37,460 nt of DNA, from the IMG/VR virus record IMGVR_UViG_3300032259_000009, positions 1 to 37,460 of that record. One strand, given 5' to 3'. Position numbers and translations under genes: made by a program. The stretch's first letter is position 1, and every line of letters starts with the position of its first letter. Source of the stretch: a virus (lineage: Duplodnaviria; Caudoviricetes). Of the stretch, positions 27,837 through 33,913 are shown piece after piece. The notes beneath the pieces are model-generated. The model had not been told where the DNA came from and did not search any database. It saw only the letters and a program-made list of their open reading frames with translations.

Positions 27837-27904
27837 GTTTTTTCCTCTTTCGATTTTGGTGCCTCCCTTTTTTTGAGGTGGGAGTCTTACCTCAAACCCG
27901 TTTT

Positions 27905-28258
27905 TTACTCGGTAAACATATCGTCCTGTATTGGCTGGCCAAGTGCTGTGCGTGAGAACGCATAGGATTCATCAAGGCCTGATTTAACTTCTTCGGACAT
28001 AGAAATGTACTCGCGGGCAAACTTAAACGCATGACGGTTAACGCCTCCGGCTTCGAGCTGTGAAATAATTTCTTCACGCTGCGCCTTAAATTTCTTGTTG
28101 GCCTCGGTGTATTTTCCCTTAAGCTCATCAGCATTGTTGTCGATAACATCAAGATCCTGGGAGGCCTTGCGTATCATGTCGCTCACCTTGGTGGTCAGAT
28201 GAAACTCAACAACAGTGCTGTTGTCGTTATCATCAATGTTTTGTGCTTGCTGGTTCAT
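27905..28258 (-). CDS. GapR/DUF2312-like DNA-binding protein
   Basis: Coiled coil then LEAGGVNRHAFK…Y…ALG…QDDMF, resembling GapR-family phage proteins; RBS AGGAG. Confidence 0.5.
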   Translation of the reverse strand: MNQQAQNIDDNDNSTVVEFHLTTKVSDMIRKASQDLDVIDNNADELKGKYTEANKKFKAQREEIISQLEAGGVNRHAFKFAREYISMSEEVKSGLDESYAFSRTALGQPIQDDMFTE

Positions 28259-28301
28259 GGTTCTTCTCCTGTGTGGTTAAAAGTGGTTATACCAGGCGCT
28301 A

Positions 28302-28580
28302 TTAATTTTGCATCAGCATCCAATCATCAGCCAAGAGATCGGTCTGCGATGCAAGCCATGGTACTATCTGACCATCTGCAGTACGCATATCAATGTGCGC
28401 GTGGTAATTAATCTCCGTGCCTTCTGGGTAAATACCCAATAATGGCGCGCGATTGACAGTAAACCTGGATCCTGGCACCAGAAATACAAACATACCTTTT
28501 CCGTTCCAGCCGCTGCGGCATACCTTGTCTCCTTGTTTGATAAATTCCAAGGCCTCGCTAAATGTATATCTCTCTTCCAT
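28302..28580 (-). CDS. DUF2829 / Tad2-like anti-defence sponge protein
   Basis: FSEALEFIKQGDKVCRSGWNGKGMFV…HIDMRTADG…VPWLASQTDLLADDW matches the DUF2829 signature. Confidence 0.8.
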   Translation of the reverse strand: MEERYTFSEALEFIKQGDKVCRSGWNGKGMFVFLVPGSRFTVNRAPLLGIYPEGTEINYHAHIDMRTADGQIVPWLASQTDLLADDWMLMQN

Positions 28581-28607
28581 ATAATTACCTCTCTCGTTGG
28601 TGGGTGG

Positions 28608-28940
28608 TTAAATAAAGCTATCGATATCTTCTACGGGAATTATTTCGACAACCGTCCTTTCATCTTTGCTCTTTCGGCTTTCAAAAGTGACGCTCTGGAT
28701 TTGTTGGGTCGAATCATCTGCCAATATTCCAGCTTTGACAATTCCGTCAAAGACTGCTTTGGCGCTAACACCGTCCGGGTCGTGTCTGAGTCTGCGGTAG
28801 CTGATAACTCTGATATTGACTGGTGTATCCAGTGTCTTAATGCCATGCGCTGGAAGTGTTGCATGGCCAGTATCCGGTTCCATGTCGGTAGTGGATAGGG
28901 TAACTGTATTACTATCATTTTTTTCATTGCGCTGCTTCAA
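28608..28940 (-). CDS. RusA-like Holliday junction resolvase, catalytic portion (start uncertain)
   Basis: PVNIRV…RRLRHDPDG…K…DGIVKAGILADD; the N-terminal 35 aa are not RusA-like. Confidence 0.7.
   Translation of the reverse strand: MKQRNEKNDSNTVTLSTTDMEPDTGHATLPAHGIKTLDTPVNIRVISYRRLRHDPDGVSAKAVFDGIVKAGILADDSTQQIQSVTFESRKSKDERTVVEIIPVEDIDSFI
28640..28927 (-). CDS. Overlapping-frame ORF with a RusA-like N-terminal motif
   Basis: ATGA-coupled to the upstream stop; IVIQLPYPLPTWNR…H…R…W resembles the RusA beta1-alpha1 region. Confidence 0.55.
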   Translation of the reverse strand: MKKMIVIQLPYPLPTWNRILAMQHFQRMALRHWIHQSISELSATADSDTTRTVLAPKQSLTELSKLEYWQMIRPNKSRASLLKAERAKMKGRLSK

Positions 28941-29145
28941 TGTAATTTTCCTTAAAGAACTTTTCAGCCACCAACCATTTGTCAGATGGGTTTTTTGGGT
29001 TTATAGCAATCATATCTCCATGCTTAGGTGACCCGTTCTTTTTATCTTCATCAGAAACAGAAACGCCACGCATATCAAATTCCGGGAACCACGGAAACAT
29101 TAGTTGCTGCTCTTTTTTAACGTATTTCTTTATTTTAATACCCAT
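28924..29145 (-). CDS. Small phage protein (GSPKxGDMIAxNP type)
   Basis: VSVSDED…GSPKHGDMIAINPKN…DKWLVAEKFFKENY. Confidence 0.75.
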   Translation of the reverse strand: MGIKIKKYVKKEQQLMFPWFPEFDMRGVSVSDEDKKNGSPKHGDMIAINPKNPSDKWLVAEKFFKENYIEAAQ

Positions 29146-29154
29146 ACTTACCCT

Positions 29155-29340
29155 TTATGTTTGGATGTTATCAACAACTAACCTGTAAATGCCTCGATGG
29201 TAGCAATCAGGGAACGTCACACGTTCACGGCAGCCCGACTTTCCATTGTTTTTACAGATATCACATTGTTTCTTGAATATTTCATCGCGCTGAACCTTAT
29301 CCAGCGTTGGGTCGGTATCGCCGTAGTATTTATTCCCCAT
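29155..29340 (-). CDS. 61-aa four-Cys hypothetical protein
   Basis: CDIC…C…C, in operon context. Confidence 0.55.
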   Translation of the reverse strand: MGNKYYGDTDPTLDKVQRDEIFKKQCDICKNNGKSGCRERVTFPDCYHRGIYRLVVDNIQT

Positions 29341-29395
29341 TTGATTACCATATATTTTTGTTTTTTATGGATAAAAGATAACTAACTTGTTGTTG

Positions 29396-29731
29396 TTATT
29401 TTGCCTCACATGCTCGCATACCAGGTCTTTTTTCCTGCTCAGGATTTGATGGTGACATGGAATTAATAGCTACAAGCCGTGTTTTCGCACTATCAACCAA
29501 TGCCTGCTTGTTTTTCAGGTCCTTCGCGGCATTAGTTGAAAGGTATTCCCACGCCTCAATCCAGGTGCCGAAGTAATTACACCAGTTTGAATGTAGTGGT
29601 TCGATTACAGCCCGTGGAGAATAACCATCATTGTAGAGTGCGGCCACTGTTTGGCTATCATTGTCGATAACTTTTACTTCCTCAATTTCAGTGGCATAGG
29701 CCCCGCCGCCGGTTCTAAACATGGTTTTCAT
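29396..29731 (-). CDS. Hypothetical protein
   Basis: RBS AGAGG, operon context. Confidence 0.65.
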   Translation of the reverse strand: MKTMFRTGGGAYATEIEEVKVIDNDSQTVAALYNDGYSPRAVIEPLHSNWCNYFGTWIEAWEYLSTNAAKDLKNKQALVDSAKTRLVAINSMSPSNPEQEKRPGMRACEAK

Positions 29732-29752
29732 GATTCAGCCTCTTGATTTTAG

Positions 29753-30307
29753 TCACGCTACTACCTTCCCGTTGCTTGTTTTTATATTTCCCATTCTCTC
29801 CAGGCATTGCTTACGGTACTCTGCGATACCCATATACCGCATGCGCAGGGTTTCATTCACCACGTCCATGAAGTAATCAAAATCATCCCCCCGCCAGAAT
29901 ATTTTGTCTTCGCGGGCGGCTACGATGGTTTTCTGCTGCTCGTAGCTAAACGTCAGGTATATCGCCAGGCAGTTTTTAACTCGGGTTTCATAAACCCAGA
30001 TCCAGCGGTGGTGTGTTTCATTGCCTCGACCCTGTACCGTGGCCTTGTGCGGCGCTTCATGCGGCTTGTGTGGTTCCAGCAGTTTAAGAAACCAGTCGGC
30101 GGCATCAGCATGTTTCAACCGGTCCGGTACCTTGCCCTGTGGCCATCGGGTAATGAAGTCGATCAGCGCAGCTTTCAGGTCGTTAATGGTCGGCATGCTG
30201 TGATCGGTACTTTTACCCTTCTGCCATCCGCACCCGCAGTTATTTGGATCTTTCAACGGCACTCGACAAGTAGGGCAATCGCCATACGTTTGATTTTGAT
30301 TGGTCAC
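29753..30307 (-). CDS. 184-aa protein in the helicase-loader position, N-terminal Zn ribbon (GTG start)
   Basis: GTGA overlap with the initiator stop; CPTC…CGC. Confidence 0.6.
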   Translation of the reverse strand: MTNQNQTYGDCPTCRVPLKDPNNCGCGWQKGKSTDHSMPTINDLKAALIDFITRWPQGKVPDRLKHADAADWFLKLLEPHKPHEAPHKATVQGRGNETHHRWIWVYETRVKNCLAIYLTFSYEQQKTIVAAREDKIFWRGDDFDYFMDVVNETLRMRYMGIAEYRKQCLERMGNIKTSNGKVVA

Positions 30308-31023
30308 GAACCAATTCTTCCTGGTAATTGCCCGATGTACTGTTCGCACTTTTCTTTTCCGAACAGTGTGGATGGTCTGAGGTATTGCTCCTGGTCCGTG
30401 CCTTTCCATTGCCGGCATTTGAATCCGATCATGGCGTGCAGGGTATCGCGCGGTATTCCAGATTTCAGACGTTGCTTGATCAGGTTCAGGTTGGTATCGA
30501 CGAAACGGAAATTTTTACCTGTCATGCCATTCAGGGCTTTGAGCAACAAAACGGCGTCATCACGGTATTGCTGGTTTTGATTTTTCTTGCCATTAACCGG
30601 CGCATCGTCGGGCTTGTCCGACAAGGGGTTTTTCCCTTCCCTTCCCTTCCCTTCCCTTCCATTCCCTTCCGGGGGTGAGGTCTCGACGAGTGCTCGACGA
30701 TCAGGTTGTGGATATTTATAGGTTGGCTTGTCTATTTTCTGGTGGTTCCAGCCTGTTACCTGCCAGTAATCTACATTTTTAGCTGTGTATTCAATAACTA
30801 AGCCGTGATCTATTAATTCGTCGATCATTCGTCGAATATCCGACGAGCTGTAGTCGTCAGCAGGGTAAATTTCCATTTTCAAACGCTTGCAGCTTGCGGG
30901 ATGAATCCCGGCATCGTCGCAAAAATTCCACAACCCAATGAACAGTAGCCGAGTTTCTATGGAACACTCAACAACTTGCTCGCTGGTCCAAAATTCTGGT
31001 TTTGTGGTGCGGATTCTAGCCAT
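30304..31023 (-). CDS. Replication initiator / replisome organizer
   Basis: MARIRTTKPEFW…RLLFIGLWNFCDDAG…W.HQKI N-domain, GKGREG linker, C-terminal YLRPSTLF domain. Confidence 0.88.
   Translation of the reverse strand: MARIRTTKPEFWTSEQVVECSIETRLLFIGLWNFCDDAGIHPASCKRLKMEIYPADDYSSSDIRRMIDELIDHGLVIEYTAKNVDYWQVTGWNHQKIDKPTYKYPQPDRRALVETSPPEGNGREGKGREGKNPLSDKPDDAPVNGKKNQNQQYRDDAVLLLKALNGMTGKNFRFVDTNLNLIKQRLKSGIPRDTLHAMIGFKCRQWKGTDQEQYLRPSTLFGKEKCEQYIGQLPGRIGS
30632..30670. repeat. (TTCCC)n pentamer tandem repeat
   Basis: About 8 units, one variant; encodes the GNGREGKGREGK linker. Confidence 0.9.
30682..30846. repeat. Candidate origin iterons (TCGACGA core) within the initiator gene
   Basis: CTCGACGA at 30682 and 30693; inverted ATTCGTCGA at 30816 and 30827; each pair has an 11-bp period. 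Confidence 0.5.
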
Positions 31024-31288
31024 CAAGTTGCCTGTAATAGCCTCGATCAATCAGGTACTGTTGTAGATACGGTTGACAGGCACCAGCGTTTGGCGTGATA
31101 GGCTGCCGAGCACGGGTTATTGCCTCGAGATCCGCGATATGCTGATGGTTATGGTCATAATAGTGTTTTGCCACAACCGCCAGCATTAATGAGGTTGCCA
31201 GCAGTACCACCACCAGCAAACCGGAATAAGAAACGCGGCCAAGGGGGGCGGCCGCGAAAGTGGTAAAGGTGGTTGGTATAGTTTTCAT
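31016..31288 (-). CDS. 90-aa single-TM protein
   Basis: ATG 31288 with GGTG RBS; TM LLVVVLLATSLMLAVVA. Confidence 0.55.
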   Translation of the reverse strand: MKTIPTTFTTFAAAPLGRVSYSGLLVVVLLATSLMLAVVAKHYYDHNHQHIADLEAITRARQPITPNAGACQPYLQQYLIDRGYYRQLDG

Positions 31289-31340
31289 TTTATTTTCACC
31301 ACCTGGTGGAGAAATCCTCCAGTACAGCAAAGAACCGCCC

Positions 31341-31616
31341 CTATGACTTAAAGTCATCTGGCACACTCCAAAGTACATCAGGGCGCAATTCCTGGCGGGT
31401 TACCGCACCCTTAACAATATGCTCTATGGCCGGCGCAAACTCAGCCGGGGTACGTTTATCGCGGTTAATCCAATTCCAGATATGTGCCTGTTTTACGGTT
31501 TTCGTGGAGTCATTGATCAACTCATTAAGCTGCCTGGCAAGGCTTGTTTGTCCTTTTGCCAGATCCACAGCTCTTATCAGGGCGATCTGTTCTTGTGTCA
31601 GCTTAGGTGTACTCAT
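31341..31616 (-). CDS. cro: Cro/YdaS-like HTH regulator, 91 aa, probably leaderless
   Basis: GQTSLAR…KQAHIWNW…P…IE…GAVTRQELRPD; the ATG is 7 nt after the -10 box and has no RBS. Confidence 0.85.
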   Translation of the reverse strand: MSTPKLTQEQIALIRAVDLAKGQTSLARQLNELINDSTKTVKQAHIWNWINRDKRTPAEFAPAIEHIVKGAVTRQELRPDVLWSVPDDFKS

Positions 31617-31623
31617 GAGCGGG

Positions 31624-31652
31624 AATATACAACCGCAGTTGTGAGGTGTCAA
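31624..31652 (-). promoter_or_regulatory. PR-like sigma70 promoter
   Basis: TTGACA(31652-31647)-N17-TATATT(31629-31624). Confidence 0.88.
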
Positions 31653-31753
31653 TAACTCATGTTGTTTGACAGAAACAAAGGGCCAGCTAAAGGTTGGTGC
31701 TTTTTTGCCGATCACTAAAACGATGGTTGTTGACAGTCCACAACTCTGGTTGT
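31629..31753. promoter_or_regulatory. Four 14-bp operators, ACAAC-N4-GTTGT
   Basis: ACAACCGCAGTTGT 31629-42, ATAACTCATGTTGT 31652-65, AAAACGATGGTTGT 31717-30, ACAACTCTGGTTGT 31740-53. Each pair is 23 bp apart and overlaps a promoter. Confidence 0.85.
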
Positions 31754-31758
31754 ATATT
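31730..31758 (+). promoter_or_regulatory. PL-like sigma70 promoter
   Basis: TTGACA(31730-35)-N17-TATATT(31753-58); predicted TSS about 31765. Confidence 0.88.
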
Positions 31759-31766
31759 TCAAATAT

Positions 31767-31877
31767 GATTCTTGGGCTGTTACTGCGTAGCTCCGGGGCT
31801 TTTCGGTTAGTTGAGTGCAGCTAAGCCTAGAAGTGACGACCTAGCACTGACCGGCCAGCGCAGTCCAGGAATCTCCA
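31767..31877 (+). ncRNA. Copy 1 of the stem-UCCA element: 111-nt structured leader RNA
   Basis: GATTCTTGGGCTG(31767-79) pairs with CAGTCCAGGAATC(31861-73) with 2 G-U pairs, then TCCA. Inner stems CGGTTAGT/ACTGACCG and CTAG/CTAG. Starts at the predicted TSS. Confidence 0.65.
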
Positions 31878-31927
31878 TATAGGTTAGAGAATAAACAAGA
31901 CAATGATTAAACAACGGGAGAACGATT

Positions 31928-32083
31928 GTGAAGCAGGAAAAAATAATTAACATGGCTGAACGCAGACACCAAAAGATGCTCAATCAACCAAACGATCGCG
32001 GCATGGAGATGCTTGCTTACGCGATAGTCGTCTTGTTTGTCGGGATACTGCTGTTTGTTGTTCTTGCGTTTGACTTGCAATAA
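31928..32083 (+). CDS. 51-aa C-terminal TM protein, first early gene (GTG start)
   Basis: GGGAG RBS; TM LAYAIVVLFVGILLFVVLAF. Below the ORF-track cutoff. Confidence 0.65.
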   Translation: MKQEKIINMAERRHQKMLNQPNDRGMEMLAYAIVVLFVGILLFVVLAFDLQ

Positions 32084-32096
32084 CAGGGGAAATGAA

Positions 32097-32567
32097 ATGG
32101 ATACAAAAAGTAAACGCAAAATGATAGCGCAAGCAAAAGAATTTATTGCAGAGCTTGAAGCCAGCATCGATGCCGATGTTAAAGGTGAGGTTAAGCCGTG
32201 GGAGCCGCCTCCTGGGGAGTGGTGGATAGGTGGTAGTGGTGAAGTTCACAGGTTGTCGTCTACTGAGGAATCCCGGCTATTCGGCACTGAGCGCCACAAA
32301 AAGGCTCTTGCACTGAGAGCTGTGAAGAAAATGAGGCGCTTCAACGTACTTCTGGCGTACATAGATAAGTACGCCCCGGACTATGAGCCGGATTGGAGTA
32401 ACGAGAACGAGCCGAAGTTTTGCCCACGATATAACCATCAAACAGGTAAATGGGTGAGAAGTGTGGGCTATCGGTTTGAAGGAGTAAACCCCTATGGGCC
32501 ATTCGATGTAATCGACGGGCTTATAGAGAAGCTGAATCGCGGTGAGGTGGTGCTGTGGCACGATTAA
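32097..32567 (+). CDS. Phage hypothetical protein, 156 aa
   Basis: AGGGG RBS; MDTK start; YEPDWSNENEPKF motif. Confidence 0.7.
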   Translation: MDTKSKRKMIAQAKEFIAELEASIDADVKGEVKPWEPPPGEWWIGGSGEVHRLSSTEESRLFGTERHKKALALRAVKKMRRFNVLLAYIDKYAPDYEPDWSNENEPKFCPRYNHQTGKWVRSVGYRFEGVNPYGPFDVIDGLIEKLNRGEVVLWHD

Positions 32568-32815
32568 TCGCTATCAGCATATCTGTCCTATTGTCCGGCT
32601 GTCAGATATTTGCGGGCGTTGCGGTGCACCCGGAAAACTACGATGCCCCGGATGTTCGGTTGTCGCGCGGGGTTGGGTTTGTTATGGCCACGCAAAAATT
32701 ACCTGGAACGGATAACCTGTATCTGATCGGTCAGCACGATAGTGGGTTGAACACTAAGGAGCGTTCACCTCTGGGTGGGCTGAACAAGCTCGGCGTAATG
32801 GTGGAGATAAAGTAA
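32555..32815 (+). CDS. Lipoprotein, beta-strand-rich
   Basis: GAGGTG RBS; LLSG|C lipobox. Confidence 0.7.
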   Translation: MARLIAISISVLLSGCQIFAGVAVHPENYDAPDVRLSRGVGFVMATQKLPGTDNLYLIGQHDSGLNTKERSPLGGLNKLGVMVEIK

Positions 32816-32850
32816 TTATGACACTAAACGAAGACTAGGAGAACTAAGTT

Positions 32851-33051
32851 ATGAAGACACTTAATAAAACTGTGTTGCTTTTGGCTGCTTGTAGCGCCTT
32901 GTTATTCGCCGGGTGTAGTGATAACGCTGAACTATATGCAAATAACAAAAAGGCTTTTCAGGCTTGTCTTGATTCTGGTGGTGTGCCGATACAGTCGTGG
33001 TTCAATGAAAAGATAATAGGCGATTGCATCTATAAACCTGATGGCAACTAA
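32851..33051 (+). CDS. Small lipoprotein
   Basis: AGGAG RBS; LFAG|C lipobox; two further Cys. Confidence 0.7.
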   Translation: MKTLNKTVLLLAACSALLFAGCSDNAELYANNKKAFQACLDSGGVPIQSWFNEKIIGDCIYKPDGN

Positions 33052-33063
33052 TGGGGTGAGGAT

Positions 33064-33315
33064 ATGAAGAACAAACTAGCGCTGATGTACGGAATAAACC
33101 AGTCTTATAAAAAGCCTGAACCTGAGCGGAAAGTTAACCATCACCCGCCCGTCAAAACAGGCATGACGTATGAAAAAGCTTGTGAGCTCAGGCGAAAAAT
33201 AAGGGCTGGCAAGGACGGTACAGGCCCGGCTTATAATCGCAGTGACGCGGCACGGGAATACGGGCTGTCTTTAACAGCCGTGAGCGATATTCTAACAATG
33301 AAAGAGTTGACTTAA
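33064..33315 (+). CDS. Small protein with a C-terminal HTH-like motif
   Basis: GAGGA RBS; NRSDAAREYGLSLTAVSDIL. Confidence 0.65.
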   Translation: MKNKLALMYGINQSYKKPEPERKVNHHPPVKTGMTYEKACELRRKIRAGKDGTGPAYNRSDAAREYGLSLTAVSDILTMKELT

Positions 33316-33316
33316 G

Positions 33317-33481
33317 ATGAAACTATACATACAGGTAGGTGTCAGCAATCTGACAGAAGAAAGAGGCTTGGCCGTTACCTCCACAAACAGGGAGGCGTTA
33401 GAAAAGACGATCCCACCGGGATACAAAATCATCGAGGTTGATGTGCCAGAGATGGTGGGAGCAGGGCATGAAAGTCAGTGA
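33317..33481 (+). CDS. 54-aa hypothetical protein
   Basis: Fills the gap between neighbours (MKLYIQVG…HESQ). Confidence 0.45.
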   Translation: MKLYIQVGVSNLTEERGLAVTSTNREALEKTIPPGYKIIEVDVPEMVGAGHESQ

Positions 33482-33650
33482 ACTGAAAGGGGAGAAGCTG
33501 GATTATTGGGTGGGGATACGTGTCATGAAAGACTACATCAAACCCTATCAGCGCACCGGGGAAAACCCGTTGAGATATTTTGCCAGAAGGTTCAAGCCGA
33601 TGGCCACCTGGTCACGGCTACCGATTTTCATTGTTAAGCAGGCGGATTAA
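33468..33650 (+). CDS. 60-aa ORF with a NinX/DUF2591-like N-terminus, probably truncated
   Basis: MKVSELKGEKLDYWVG resembles the NinX-family start; GGAG RBS. Confidence 0.5.
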   Translation: MKVSELKGEKLDYWVGIRVMKDYIKPYQRTGENPLRYFARRFKPMATWSRLPIFIVKQAD

Positions 33651-33737
33651 TAAAACGGGGGAAAATCAACATGAAAAATATCATATTTGCAACCTTGAAA
33701 CAGGCGTGCCAATACCGCCAGATGAGCCGATTTTTAT

Positions 33738-33902
33738 ATGATCATTGAACATCTTAAATTGATTGAATTACCACGCCACGAATTTATGCGGGTGAAACAA
33801 CTGCAAAGTCGAGGCGACCACCGGAACGCAAACAACCTTATGCGCTATTACAAGGCCCGCGATGAGTTTTTGCGTCCAACCATTTTGAACAATACCAACT
33901 AA
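33738..33902 (+). CDS. 54-aa hypothetical protein
   Basis: Open frame MIIEHLKL…NNTN whose stop overlaps the next RBS. Confidence 0.4.
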   Translation: MIIEHLKLIELPRHEFMRVKQLQSRGDHRNANNLMRYYKARDEFLRPTILNNTN

Positions 33903-33913
33903 GGAGCAGTATC

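Noticed and set aside
29807-30580. 257-aa plus-strand ORF and the many other antisense ORFs in the track
   Set aside because: They are shadows of well-supported genes on the other strand, with no motifs or RBS.
31617-31715. Longer 124-aa cro call, or a hidden cI in the intergenic region
   Set aside because: The extension lies across the promoter and operators, and no repressor-like ORF fits between the promoters.
31767-31877. tRNA, tRNA-Sec or tmRNA gene
   Set aside because: It ends in CCA but has no TTCRA T-loop, D-arm or anticodon arm, and lacks the tmRNA G3-U70/A73 identity. Kept only as a tRNA-end mimic.
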